In this document: positions 40,238 through 49,596 of the stretch, one piece after another
How positions within the stretch are numbered: position 1 is the stretch's first letter
How the letters are laid out: each line of letters starts with the position of its first letter
Program-made: the position numbers and the translations under genes
Notes under the pieces: model-generated
Databases searched by the model: none
What the model saw: the letters and a program-made list of their open reading frames with translations, nothing else
What the model was told of the DNA's origin: nothing
Source: a virus
Lineage: Duplodnaviria; Caudoviricetes
Length of the DNA stretch: 57,661 bases
IMG/VR virus record: IMGVR_UViG_3300029268_000020
Location: 1-57,661 of that record
Reading direction: 5' to 3' (one strand)

Positions 40238-40639
40238 ATGAGCAAGATCATTCGAGTGGCGGCGCGGCCGGGGGGGATGGGGACGGCGGACCCGGAAGCG
40301 GTGGCCGATCCGGCGACGCGGGACTGTTTGCGCGGGATCATCGCGGCGCTGGGCCAGCTCGGGGGAGCGGCGCCGGCGGCGACGGACCAGGGGCGGCAAG
40401 ACCTGGTGCTGGAGGTGCTGACGCGGCGGGTGGACCAGCAGGGGAGGCGGGTCAAGTTTTACGCGCGCCAGATCCGGATTGAGAACGGGGCGAGCGGGGT
40501 GGAGATCTCAGCGAGCGAGGAATACGCGGTGGCGGGGATCGAGGTGGGCGCGGACGTGGAAACCAGCGTCATCAACAACGTCGCCGTAACCGACCTGGGC
40601 CTGACGCTGGTTTATCCCTACCTGGTGGTGCAACCGTAA
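40238..40639 (+). CDS. Hypothetical, probably tail-associated, protein
   Basis: 133 aa; TAATG coupling to the next gene. Confidence 0.7.
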   Translation: MSKIIRVAARPGGMGTADPEAVADPATRDCLRGIIAALGQLGGAAPAATDQGRQDLVLEVLTRRVDQQGRRVKFYARQIRIENGASGVEISASEEYAVAGIEVGADVETSVINNVAVTDLGLTLVYPYLVVQP

Positions 40640-43605
40640 TGGCGCTGCTGATCGGCACCGACAACGCGACCGCCCCCGGCGTGGCCAGCCTGCCGGTTTT
40701 TGAATCGTGGACCTATTACCGCCGCGCCTACCACGAATGCGACGATGCCGGCTGCCTCAAGCGCTATCCGGGGCTGGCCGCCATGGCCGAGCACAAGGGC
40801 TGCCGGGGCGTGGGGCTGCGGGCGAGCAGGTTGTCGGCGTTGAGTTTCTGCCAGGCCAATATCGAGAGCCACAACACGCTGACTGAAAAGATACGGCTGG
40901 CCCAGTCGCTGATCGAGTTTTACGCGCTGATGGTGGCGGGCATCGGGCGCACCGGCATCCCGCCCACCAGCGGCACGGACGAAACTTATAAAGACTACCT
41001 GATCAACCGCACGACGCAGCCCTGGAAAGAGTTCGGGCCGTGGGATGTTGACAGCTACAGCGCCGAATACCTGGACCTGGCTTACACGATCGGCGGCATC
41101 GATTCAGATCCCACGTGTTTCCGGGACAACCATGGCCGGCCCTTCACCTGGTCCGGCTGGGGCGTGCTGGAGTTTTGCAACCTGGCCGGCGTGAGCAACT
41201 CCAAACTGGGCCACACGGCGCGCCTTTACACGTCTTACTACGATCCTGACGAGACCGAATCCGGCATATTCCGGCTGTATAGTGTCGCCGCTAATATCCC
41301 CACCGGCGGGCGATTGTGGGAGAAACTCGATCCGGACGCGCCGATCCAGGTGCGGCTGCGGGCCTGGACTGCGCCCGGGCGCGAGCCGTGGATCGCCGTC
41401 GAGGATGCCTATCCCGCCTATGCCGTGCCGACCGTCTGGGGGCCGGGCGCCTGGCCCGTGGCGCCCGAGGACATGGTGGCGACGACGCTCTTCACGGGCC
41501 AGGCGATGATCCCGCAGTACGGCGGAACGACGATCATCGGCCTGGGCGGGACCGCCTATTATTCCAGCGTCGCGCTGATCGAAATTTACGACGGCACCGA
41601 CTGGGTGCCCTATGTCGATCCCGATCATCCGATTGAAGAGTTGCTGCGCAATGAGCTGAATGTCGACACGGGACTTTATGAGGCAACCCTGCATCTGGAG
41701 TTAATGGATCTGAGCGCCGCCCAAGATCTGCGCGCGACGATCCTGCTGCAGTACGTCAACCCCGTGGAAATCCCCGCCGAAACCTGGGCCTACGCAGTCA
41801 GCCGTGACCGCTGCGACCACGCCCGACCCGATTACAGCGACAGCGTTGGGGTCAAACAGGAGGGCGAGATCGCGCGCTGGCACTGTGACCAGCACCAGGA
41901 CATCACGGAGGCCATCGCCACCTATACCGCCATCGCCGCGGCGCTGGGTTCCTCGCATCCCAGTTACGCCACCTACGTCGCGCTGATCGCCTTGTATAAC
42001 AGCTTTCTGACCCACTTCGCCACACGCCTGGGGGTGTGCTGGAATCAGGACTGCCCCTTTTTCCAGGTGGCGAAGGTCCCGATCGGAACCAACTTTACCG
42101 CGGCCATGACGCAACTGATCCAGGACCGGCCGTTCCGGCGCGACGAATCGCGCCTCCAGACCGACCTGGGGGCAGTCTCCACCTGGGCCGTGATCCGGGT
42201 GGGCACGCCTTCGGTGGACTCGCTGGCCGGCACCGATCGCAAAACGGCCGGCATTAATTTTGACCGGCGCGACTGGCTTTTCGGATCCCAGCCGACGCTG
42301 GGAAAACTGGTCATGGCCGGCGCGCTGGGCGAATATGTGAGCGTCAGCAACGGGCTGGAATTTTTGGAGGGCACGCACATCAACGAAGCCGGGCCGGCCG
42401 CGGGCCTGCGCACGACCGTCGCGCCGCGGACCGATTTCGCCGAGGAGACGGCCGACGACGACAACGATCCCAACTGCGCCTTTCGCAACTCGATGACGTG
42501 CGGCCAGAGCAGCCTGGACCGCCATTCGGGCGCGCCGCTGGGGAAATTGTTTGTCCAGAATGAATACCCGCTGACCTGGCTCCAGTGGCCGATGCTGGTG
42601 AACACGCCGGGCCTGGTGCAACGCCGCGAGGTGGGGACGGCCGAGGTTGGCTACTGGACGCCCGACTTGAGGCACCAGGAATCAGAGGACGGCGAAACGG
42701 CGTATCATCTTAAATTAACCATCGGGACCGACGTGCGACCGCTGACGTTGAACACGGACGGCCACGCGCTGGCCAGCCTGGGGACCGCCACCGTGCAGGA
42801 GACATTCTCGCCGTGCGTCATCACGACTCCCAACGTCTCCGGAGCCGTGCTGGTCGGACTGGCCCTGGTCCACCGGCAGGACCAGCTCCTGACCATGGGC
42901 GGCACCGGCGAGGATGACCGCATCACGAACGTGTGGACGGGCGGCACCAACGTCTATCCGCACAACCGGCGGCGGATGCGCTCGCCGGTCAGCCGGGCCT
43001 CGGGGACCGGCGCGGGGGCCGGAGAGGGGTTCCTGCACGCCGGGCGGGCGCTGCGCATCCTCGAGGACGCGGACTTGCCCGAGGCGCTGTGGGGGCGTCT
43101 GCTGCCCGTGCGGCGCGCCCTGGACAGCAATCCCGACGGTCCGCACGAAGCCCTTTACCGCACCGTGCACGATCCCGAAACCGAGAGCAATGAAACGCTC
43201 GTCGCGGCGGCGCTATCGGTGGGGGGCGACGTGGCCCAGGGCTACAGCGGCGCCAGCGTGGACGCGCTGGAGCACTGCGACACCATCGAGGTGGAGGTGG
43301 AGGCCGATACCGCCGCGGTGATCGAGGCCACGGAGGCCGGCTGGGCCCGCGCCTTTGACATCGTGCAGGGAGCGCGGGCCGTCGCGGCGCCGGGCGAGGA
43401 GCATTTTTGGGCCAGCGATCCCACCGCCGTGACCGATACCGAAATCGTGCCCGCCGTGCTCTATCATACCGGCGAGCTTTATTTGGAGGCTTTCACGCAG
43501 TGCCCCACCGTGGTGATGCGGGTGCTGCGGCTGGTGCGTCTGTTGTCCCAGAGCGGCGACATCGACACTATCGGCCCCACCATTTCCAAGCTGCTGGAGG
43601 AATAA
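40639..43605 (+). CDS. Large hypothetical protein (988 aa)
   Basis: Long ORF, no motif recognised. Confidence 0.8.
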   Translation: MALLIGTDNATAPGVASLPVFESWTYYRRAYHECDDAGCLKRYPGLAAMAEHKGCRGVGLRASRLSALSFCQANIESHNTLTEKIRLAQSLIEFYALMVAGIGRTGIPPTSGTDETYKDYLINRTTQPWKEFGPWDVDSYSAEYLDLAYTIGGIDSDPTCFRDNHGRPFTWSGWGVLEFCNLAGVSNSKLGHTARLYTSYYDPDETESGIFRLYSVAANIPTGGRLWEKLDPDAPIQVRLRAWTAPGREPWIAVEDAYPAYAVPTVWGPGAWPVAPEDMVATTLFTGQAMIPQYGGTTIIGLGGTAYYSSVALIEIYDGTDWVPYVDPDHPIEELLRNELNVDTGLYEATLHLELMDLSAAQDLRATILLQYVNPVEIPAETWAYAVSRDRCDHARPDYSDSVGVKQEGEIARWHCDQHQDITEAIATYTAIAAALGSSHPSYATYVALIALYNSFLTHFATRLGVCWNQDCPFFQVAKVPIGTNFTAAMTQLIQDRPFRRDESRLQTDLGAVSTWAVIRVGTPSVDSLAGTDRKTAGINFDRRDWLFGSQPTLGKLVMAGALGEYVSVSNGLEFLEGTHINEAGPAAGLRTTVAPRTDFAEETADDDNDPNCAFRNSMTCGQSSLDRHSGAPLGKLFVQNEYPLTWLQWPMLVNTPGLVQRREVGTAEVGYWTPDLRHQESEDGETAYHLKLTIGTDVRPLTLNTDGHALASLGTATVQETFSPCVITTPNVSGAVLVGLALVHRQDQLLTMGGTGEDDRITNVWTGGTNVYPHNRRRMRSPVSRASGTGAGAGEGFLHAGRALRILEDADLPEALWGRLLPVRRALDSNPDGPHEALYRTVHDPETESNETLVAAALSVGGDVAQGYSGASVDALEHCDTIEVEVEADTAAVIEATEAGWARAFDIVQGARAVAAPGEEHFWASDPTAVTDTEIVPAVLYHTGELYLEAFTQCPTVVMRVLRLVRLLSQSGDIDTIGPTISKLLEE

Positions 43606-43609
43606 CGGC

Positions 43610-44599
43610 GTGGGTCCCCCTATTGTTTTTACCAACGGCGATTTCCCCCTCGAAGGCTACCGCCATTACCTGGTGGCCTACAAGTCGGCGGCGGCCTGGA
43701 CCGCGCCCGAGATGCCCTATCCGGTCTATGATCCCGATGTGCCCATCGATCCCGACCACGATGTTTTATGTTTCAGCGCTCCGGCGGCGGGCGGCGGCTA
43801 CTGGAACTGTGTCTACTGGATGCAGTGGATCGAGGCACCGGTGCCCACCGACGGGCGTATCCGGGCGCACTGCGGCACCCTGGTGCCCAACACGCTGGGC
43901 ATACCGGCCTTCGCGGACTACGGCGATCCGTTGGGGGTGGTGATCGAATACAGCAACCCCACCGCTCCCTGCTACTCCGAAAGCATCTGGGCCATGCCAT
44001 TCACCCCCACGACGCTGGAGGCGGGAGTCATCCTGACGGCACTGATCAATGCCCAGGCGCTGCTGTCGGGCGCGGTCGAAACGCGGATCTATGACGGAGA
44101 CATCAATTCCTACGCGCCGGCCGATATCGCCGATCTGCCGGTCAACTTCCGGGTGGGGCTGTTGGGCGTCAACCGCGAGGGCGGCGTCTACGTTTACCAG
44201 CAACTCGACCCGGACCCGCCGCTGCCTCTCGTTACCGGAGACGGCCAGCCGTGGGCCTTTGACGCCAAGGGATTCATCGAATATTACTTTTCGGCGATCC
44301 GGGAAAACTTCGACGCGCTGACCTTCTGGCCGATCATTGAGGGCGGGACGGTGACACCCGGAACCACCATCGGGCCGGAGTTCATGCTGGGGCTGCTGCC
44401 GGTGGTGCATGAAAACGGGATCGTGCTGCCACTGGGAATAGACCCGGAGCCGCAGTATTCGGGGACGGTGGTGTATCGGGATATCCAATGGACACCGCCG
44501 ATCCTGAACCTGGGCACCGGGCGGATGACGATCGTGCCGACCGGGATCAATCCGCGCTCGCGCATTTCGCCGCTGATGCCGCCGGGACTGCGGCGGTAG
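43610..44599 (+). CDS. Hypothetical Pro/aromatic-rich protein
   Basis: GGAGG SD before GTG; 329 aa. Confidence 0.75.
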   Translation: MGPPIVFTNGDFPLEGYRHYLVAYKSAAAWTAPEMPYPVYDPDVPIDPDHDVLCFSAPAAGGGYWNCVYWMQWIEAPVPTDGRIRAHCGTLVPNTLGIPAFADYGDPLGVVIEYSNPTAPCYSESIWAMPFTPTTLEAGVILTALINAQALLSGAVETRIYDGDINSYAPADIADLPVNFRVGLLGVNREGGVYVYQQLDPDPPLPLVTGDGQPWAFDAKGFIEYYFSAIRENFDALTFWPIIEGGTVTPGTTIGPEFMLGLLPVVHENGIVLPLGIDPEPQYSGTVVYRDIQWTPPILNLGTGRMTIVPTGINPRSRISPLMPPGLRR

Positions 44600-44748
44600 A
44601 TCGAGGGCGAGCCGGGCGGGTTTGTCTTAAAACCTGCAATACTCGTGCAATATTTTTTTGTTCACATGGGCGTGATGGAATGCTTAAAAAGCCTTATAAG
44701 TGACCTTCTTTCAGCTAACTGTATTCTTTTCAATGGATGTGACTATGC

Positions 44749-44793
44749 CTCACATGCCTGAGGTCAGAGGTTCGATCCCTCTACCACCCACCA
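44749..44793 (+). other. attP: attP core: 3' half of tRNA-Val(CAC)
   Basis: CT-CAC-AT anticodon loop, AGAGG-TTCGATC-CCTCT T-arm, ACCACCC-ACCA end; no 5' half; 15 bp from the integrase stop. Confidence 0.85.
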
Positions 44794-44808
44794 CTCTCAT
44801 TAAATGAC

Positions 44809-45924
44809 TTACGCAATCTCGATGATCTTTTTCCGGGCTTCTTTTTCCAGGTCTGCTTTGCCCTTGCAATACTTCTGCTCCAGCGCGGCGGCGGCGCCGG
44901 CGTCCTGGTCTGGACACAGATGCGCGTAGCGCTCCGTGGTCGTGATCGACTCGTGGCCGGCCAGGTCGCGGATCTGGTGCAGGCTGACGCCGGCCTGGGC
45001 CAGCCAGGAACAGTAAGTGTCGCGCAGATCGGATGGAGTGTGCGCCGGCACGGCGCCGGAGGCGCAGTCCTCCAGCATGTCCCGGCGCCAGTTGCACTGG
45101 CAGGGGAAGACCAGGTCATCGGCCACTTCGGCGTGGGGATCGCCAGTCTCGGCGCGCTTGCAGGCCTCCAGTTCGGCGCGGCGCTGGCGCAGGGCCTCCA
45201 GGAGCATGGGGCAGAGCGGGACGCGGCGAAAGGGATGGCGCGTGCCCTTGCCTTTCTGGGCCGACTCGATGAGCAGGCGCCGGGCCTCAAGATCGAAGTC
45301 GCGCCAGCGGACCTTCCAGGCCTCGACCAGGCGCAGGCCGGTAAAGGCCATGACGCGCCAGCGAAAGGCGCGCTCGGGCGGGGCGGCGGCCAGCAGCTTC
45401 TCGAATTGCAATTCGGTCAGGAATGAAATTTTTCCCTTGGGCTCGGAAGGAATGGCGACGTCGCGGAAGATGTCGTTGCCGGCGCGTTTGAAGACGGCGC
45501 GCAGGAAGGTCAGTTCCTTGCGCAGGGTGGAGGGGGCGCCGGCCTCGGCGTCGAGGGCGCGCAGGTGGGCGTAATCGCGGGCGGCGGCGGGGGTGAGCAC
45601 GGCGGCCGGGATCTTGCCGGCAAAATCCTGGAAGCGGCCGACGAAACGTTTGAGGGTTTCAACCCATTCCGGCGTCGCGCGGGCCTCTCTTTCGGCGATC
45701 AGTTCGTTCGCGATCTCGTTCCAGTTTGCGGTCGATTTCCCGTCCGATTTCGGCAGCCCGAGATTTGAGCGGTCCAAATCGTCCTGCATCGAACGCTGGC
45801 AGCTCTCGGCCTCGCGCAAGGATTTGATGGAGGCTGGCAGGGTGATCCAGCGCTGTTTCTTCCGGGCGCGGTCCCAGAGAATCGCCGACCACTTCAATCC
45901 GCGCTTTTGGACGTTTCGTCCCAT
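44809..45924 (-). CDS. int: Tyrosine integrase
   Basis: TGLR..E, DLR.TY.SWL..AG...I..L.GH..ITTT.RYAH. Confidence 0.95.
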   Translation of the reverse strand: MGRNVQKRGLKWSAILWDRARKKQRWITLPASIKSLREAESCQRSMQDDLDRSNLGLPKSDGKSTANWNEIANELIAEREARATPEWVETLKRFVGRFQDFAGKIPAAVLTPAAARDYAHLRALDAEAGAPSTLRKELTFLRAVFKRAGNDIFRDVAIPSEPKGKISFLTELQFEKLLAAAPPERAFRWRVMAFTGLRLVEAWKVRWRDFDLEARRLLIESAQKGKGTRHPFRRVPLCPMLLEALRQRRAELEACKRAETGDPHAEVADDLVFPCQCNWRRDMLEDCASGAVPAHTPSDLRDTYCSWLAQAGVSLHQIRDLAGHESITTTERYAHLCPDQDAGAAAALEQKYCKGKADLEKEARKKIIEIA

Positions 45925-46129
45925 GATTCAGGGCCTCCAGGACGGCGGGCAGGTCGTAGCGGTAGAGACTGCCTGGAATGCCGACGAAAGGAATGAGGCC
46001 GGCGGAGGTCCAGCGCAGGACACTGCCGGGATGGACGCGCAAGCGGGCGGCCAACTCGCGCACGGTAAGCAGGCCGCGGGGCGCGGGGTTGGGGGACGCG
46101 GCGGAGTCGGACGCAATAGAAGCGGCCAT
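45659..46129 (-). CDS. xis: Excisionase (MerR-like HTH), reading frame overlapping int
   Basis: LLTVRELAARLRVHPGSVLRW...GLIP...YRYDL. Confidence 0.75.
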   Translation of the reverse strand: MAASIASDSAASPNPAPRGLLTVRELAARLRVHPGSVLRWTSAGLIPFVGIPGSLYRYDLPAVLEALNHGTKRPKARIEVVGDSLGPRPEETALDHPASLHQILARGRELPAFDAGRFGPLKSRAAEIGREIDRKLERDRERTDRRKRGPRDAGMG

Positions 46130-46169
46130 GGATGGGGGCGCGGGGGGAGGAGCTGGGAAAAGCAAGGGG

Positions 46170-46199
46170 AGTATAGAGCGGGGGAGGCCACGGCGTCAA
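46170..46199 (-). promoter_or_regulatory. Promoter for xis-int
   Basis: TTGACG-N18-TATACT on the minus strand. Confidence 0.6.
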
Positions 46200-46355
46200 C
46201 AGGAAAAGGACAAAGGACAATTGAAGGACAAAGGACAAAGGACAAAGGACGAATTGAAGGACAAAGGGAGGAAGGGGCGGGGGCGAGGCGGCGGAAGTGG
46301 GGTTTGGCGTAGGGCATGGGGAATTTTAACCACGGATGGCGCGGACGGGCGCGGA

Positions 46356-47315
46356 TCAGGAATTAAAATATTCTTCGCGAATCCGAACCAATTGTTTCTT
46401 AATCAAGAATAAGAGTTTATTGAAACTGATTTCCGAAAAGACGCGAACGACAATGAATAAGAAGAATGGAATTGCGCAACAGGCATCGACCAGCGCCCAT
46501 TCATCGCGCTTCATGTGCACCGGCAACACGGGATTAAAGAGAATAAGAATTACCAAGAAGACCAGCGAAATTGAAAGCGCCCAGGGGGTGAAAGTGGCCT
46601 TGGTCCAGGCGCCGGGCGACGGGGCGGATTTCTCAAGAAAAAGGAAAAGACCGTAAAGAACATAAAATAAAGAGGCGGCGGCGACGTAAACGCGCAATAG
46701 TTTATAGAAATTATCTGGAACGTCTTCGCAAAATGCCGCAAAAAGAAGAAAAGGAATGGCGAGCAGCGCCGGCAGACAGACGCGAATCATATTTAAATAG
46801 TTAAGGGGATTGGCGGATTCTTTTTCTGAGATTATTTGTTTTAGTGGTTCCGACGTTTTTAGATCAGCATTAGATTCTTCGGTCAACAGCGTTTCGTCCA
46901 GGACCTCTTCTTCCCGCATGTCGCCCGAAACCTTCCCCAACATCCGCATCGCCTTGTTCCGCATCGCCTTACTCATCGTTTTGGGGCGCTTCGCCAACCC
47001 CAGCGCGTGATCCCGACCCGCCTCGGCCTCGCGCTCGGTCTGAAACGGCCCGACCATTAGCGCGCCGTTCTTGTCCTGCACCTCCCACATGACCGACCCG
47101 TCCGGCTGCTTCTTCGGCCGTACCTTCCAGCCGGTCGTGTCATGCCCGAACGCCTTTCCGCTGTCCTTAATTACCCCCTGTCGTCTCAACGCTTGTTCGA
47201 CCTTCCACTCTTTCGCCTTGGCCTTGTATTGCTCCGCCCAATTAAGCGATGGACTGTCTTGCTCCGGTTCTTGATTACTGTAAATACGCCGTTCCTGGAA
47301 ATGATATTCAGGCAT
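46356..47315 (-). CDS. Chimeric membrane protein: N-terminal copy of an ejection-protein segment plus C-terminal multi-TM (DUF6804-like) domain
   Basis: GWKVRPKKQ.DG.V.WEVQDK shared with the 2860-aa protein; FY.LLR...ILFNPV.PVH..R..W..VD membrane domain; starts 9 nt after the cI stop. Confidence 0.85.
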   Translation of the reverse strand: MPEYHFQERRIYSNQEPEQDSPSLNWAEQYKAKAKEWKVEQALRRQGVIKDSGKAFGHDTTGWKVRPKKQPDGSVMWEVQDKNGALMVGPFQTEREAEAGRDHALGLAKRPKTMSKAMRNKAMRMLGKVSGDMREEEVLDETLLTEESNADLKTSEPLKQIISEKESANPLNYLNMIRVCLPALLAIPFLLFAAFCEDVPDNFYKLLRVYVAAASLFYVLYGLFLFLEKSAPSPGAWTKATFTPWALSISLVFLVILILFNPVLPVHMKRDEWALVDACCAIPFFLFIVVRVFSEISFNKLLFLIKKQLVRIREEYFNS

Positions 47316-47324
47316 TAAACAAAA

Positions 47325-48008
47325 TCACTCCGTTTTGGTGCCGCAGACGTAGACGCCCCAGAGGCGGGCGCCGCGCGGGCAGGGGATGGGCTTGAAGGCC
47401 GGGTTGATGCCTTCGAGGACGCCGGAGTCGCGCCAGACCTTGAAGGTGTGGCCTTCGCCGGGAAGCTCGATAATGACGGATTGGCCGTCGTGGACCAGGG
47501 ACTTGTCGCGGGTCTGGCGCACGAAGATCAGATCGCCGGGATAGTGGCGCGGGGTCATGGAGGCGCCCTGGATGCGCAGGGCGACCAGGCCGCGGGGATC
47601 GACGCCGGGATAAATCAAGCGCCAAACTTCCAAAGGTAGATCAATGTGGTCCAGTTCGGTCTCGAGCAGGACCGAATCGGTTGGCGCGGATGGGATGCCG
47701 GCGGCGACTTCGCCGAAGATTGGAATGGCGCAGGTATGGCGGGACGGAAGTTCGGGGCCGGGATGACTGCCGGGGGGATCGGACAGTGGAAAAGCCGTGT
47801 AAACATTGAGGCTGAGCTTGTGGCAGACCTCCACGTAAAAAGCCAACGGCATCTTCGCATGGGGCACAACGGCGTTTCGATGAATGGTTGTGCGCCCGAT
47901 TCCGAGAACCGCAGCCGCTTCTTCACGCTTCATGGCGAGGAGCTTCGACTCAAGTCGTTTTACGGGCTCTTCCCCAAAAAGTTTAGATGCTGAAATTTTT
48001 TTTGTCAT
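47325..48008 (-). CDS. cI: CI-like repressor (HTH plus S24 peptidase)
   Basis: IPIFGEVAAG.P, ALRIQGASM.P...PGDLIFV, TFK; divergent from a small HTH gene. Confidence 0.9.
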   Translation of the reverse strand: MTKKISASKLFGEEPVKRLESKLLAMKREEAAAVLGIGRTTIHRNAVVPHAKMPLAFYVEVCHKLSLNVYTAFPLSDPPGSHPGPELPSRHTCAIPIFGEVAAGIPSAPTDSVLLETELDHIDLPLEVWRLIYPGVDPRGLVALRIQGASMTPRHYPGDLIFVRQTRDKSLVHDGQSVIIELPGEGHTFKVWRDSGVLEGINPAFKPIPCPRGARLWGVYVCGTKTE

Positions 48009-48017
48009 GCCCTTCCC

Positions 48018-48100
48018 AATGTTTCAATACTGCAACGACAATCATTCCCTTAACGTTGAAACATTTTCTCTTGACTTTTATGTGCCGATAATGGAACGAT
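48018..48100. promoter_or_regulatory. Immunity region operators/promoters
   Basis: AATGTTTCAA (48018-48027) and TTGAAACATT (48056-48065) inverted pair; TTGACT at 48071. Confidence 0.55.
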
Positions 48101-48120
48101 TCCAAAATCGGAGGTGAGCG

Positions 48121-48342
48121 ATGTTGGAAAATGTGAAGTCGGCGCTGGAATTAGGGTGGCGGTACAACGAAATCGCCCGGGTGTGCGGGGTGAGCCGAAC
48201 AACGCTGTGGCGCCTGGTGAAGGGAACTAGCAGCGGCCAGGGGTTGACGCTGGACGCGATACGTTGCGGGGTGGAAAAACTGGTGGCCCAGGGCGCACCG
48301 ACGCGGGGAAAGCGCCAGGAGGCGCGGACGGGGACGGATTGA
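48121..48342 (+). CDS. cro: Cro-like HTH protein
   Basis: GGAGGTGA SD; YNEIARVCGVSRTTLWRL; divergent from cI. Confidence 0.8.
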   Translation: MLENVKSALELGWRYNEIARVCGVSRTTLWRLVKGTSSGQGLTLDAIRCGVEKLVAQGAPTRGKRQEARTGTD

Positions 48343-48414
48343 TGGGGCCGGGGATGGGGTTGAGGCCGGATATGGACCACGAAAAACACTGAAGGCACGA
48401 AAGGGGAAGGGGAA

Positions 48415-48693
48415 ATGGAACGGGAAGCGAAACGGACGTGGGGGATGGAGAAGGTTCGGCGGGCGATGCTGATCGACACGGCCGCGCGGGCCGCCGTGGC
48501 GATGTATCCCGATTTTTTCGTTTATAAAGGGGGCAGCCACGTGGCGGTGCACCGGCGTCCTGAAGACGGGAGGGGGCACGAGCGGCTGATCTTCGCGCCG
48601 GATTGCGCGGTGCGCATCCGATGGATGGACGTGGCGGGGGTGTTCGCGGATTGGCGCGAGCTGGAGCCGCTGAAGTGGGCCGACGCGGCGTGA
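48415..48693 (+). CDS. Hypothetical protein
   Basis: Coding-like ORF in the early operon. Confidence 0.6.
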   Translation: MEREAKRTWGMEKVRRAMLIDTAARAAVAMYPDFFVYKGGSHVAVHRRPEDGRGHERLIFAPDCAVRIRWMDVAGVFADWRELEPLKWADAA

Positions 48694-48732
48694 GGCACGA
48701 AAGACTTTGGAGAAACGAAAGGGGAGCGGGCG

Positions 48733-49038
48733 ATGAAGCTGGTGCTGGTGGGCGGAGCGACGGTGCGGGCGGGAGTCGGAATCGATCTGAGCGGCATCGG
48801 GTTTGTCTTCGAGGAAGTGATCCTGGAGGCGGAGGATTTTAACGATTACGAGGCAACGGCGGCATGGCTGCGCGAGCAGGTCAAGCCGTGTGTGCCGCAT
48901 GCGGGGCACCCCGTGGAGCTGTACAAAGATTTCCTGTTGGCCTTTCGCGACAAAGACCAAGACTACCAGCGTAACTTCAACAGCTATATCGATAATATGG
49001 CGAAGGAGCGCGCCAAGGTCCCCCCAGACAGCGTTTAG
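48733..49038 (+). CDS. Hypothetical protein
   Basis: GGGGAG SD; 101 aa. Confidence 0.6.
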   Translation: MKLVLVGGATVRAGVGIDLSGIGFVFEEVILEAEDFNDYEATAAWLREQVKPCVPHAGHPVELYKDFLLAFRDKDQDYQRNFNSYIDNMAKERAKVPPDSV

Positions 49039-49292
49039 CGCATCATTCCGCTTCGCATGGAAGCCCCGGAGCGGCGCGTCGGATCTTCCAGCACGATCCG
49101 GCCGGCGGGACGATCCGCGAGGACAGGAAAGAGTAAGACGGCTTGAATTTTGAAAATCTGCTCCTGGCCGTCGATTTGAAAGAGCAGTTCCTGGCCGATC
49201 GGTGGGATGGCGTGCAGGTCGATGGTTTGCGGCAGAGGCGAGGGTGGTTGGACACCCTTCGTCTTTTCGAGGCGGATTTGAAACGTGAGCAT
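49035..49292 (-). CDS. Small counter-oriented hypothetical protein
   Basis: GAAAGGAG SD before ATG 49292; 85 aa. Confidence 0.55.
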   Translation of the reverse strand: MLTFQIRLEKTKGVQPPSPLPQTIDLHAIPPIGQELLFQIDGQEQIFKIQAVLLFPVLADRPAGRIVLEDPTRRSGASMRSGMMR

Positions 49293-49596
49293 GGCCGCTC
49301 CTTTCGGATGTGAGATGGATGGAGTAGACACCGGACAGCTTACGCCGCGCGCGGCGCGCGGTCAACGGAAGGGGCGGCCAGGAGGATAAGCCAGGGGGCC
49401 GTTGGGGCCGGAGAGGAGGCGCGGCGCGCGGGGAGCGCGAGCTTGGAAAAGCAAGGCCGGGGCCGGAGGCGGTTGGGAGAGGCCGCCGCCGGCGCCGGCG
49501 CGAAGGGATTTCAGATTTGAGATTTAAGATTTCAGATTGAAGGACAAAGCGGGGCATTTCAGATTTCAGATTTCAACTTGAATCGAGGGGAGAGCG

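Noticed and set aside
44749-44793. Functional tRNA gene
   Set aside because: No 5' acceptor strand or D-arm upstream; it is only the att core
36360-47300. Duplicated segment as a DGR template/variable repeat pair
   Set aside because: No reverse transcriptase; differences are not adenine-specific and include indels
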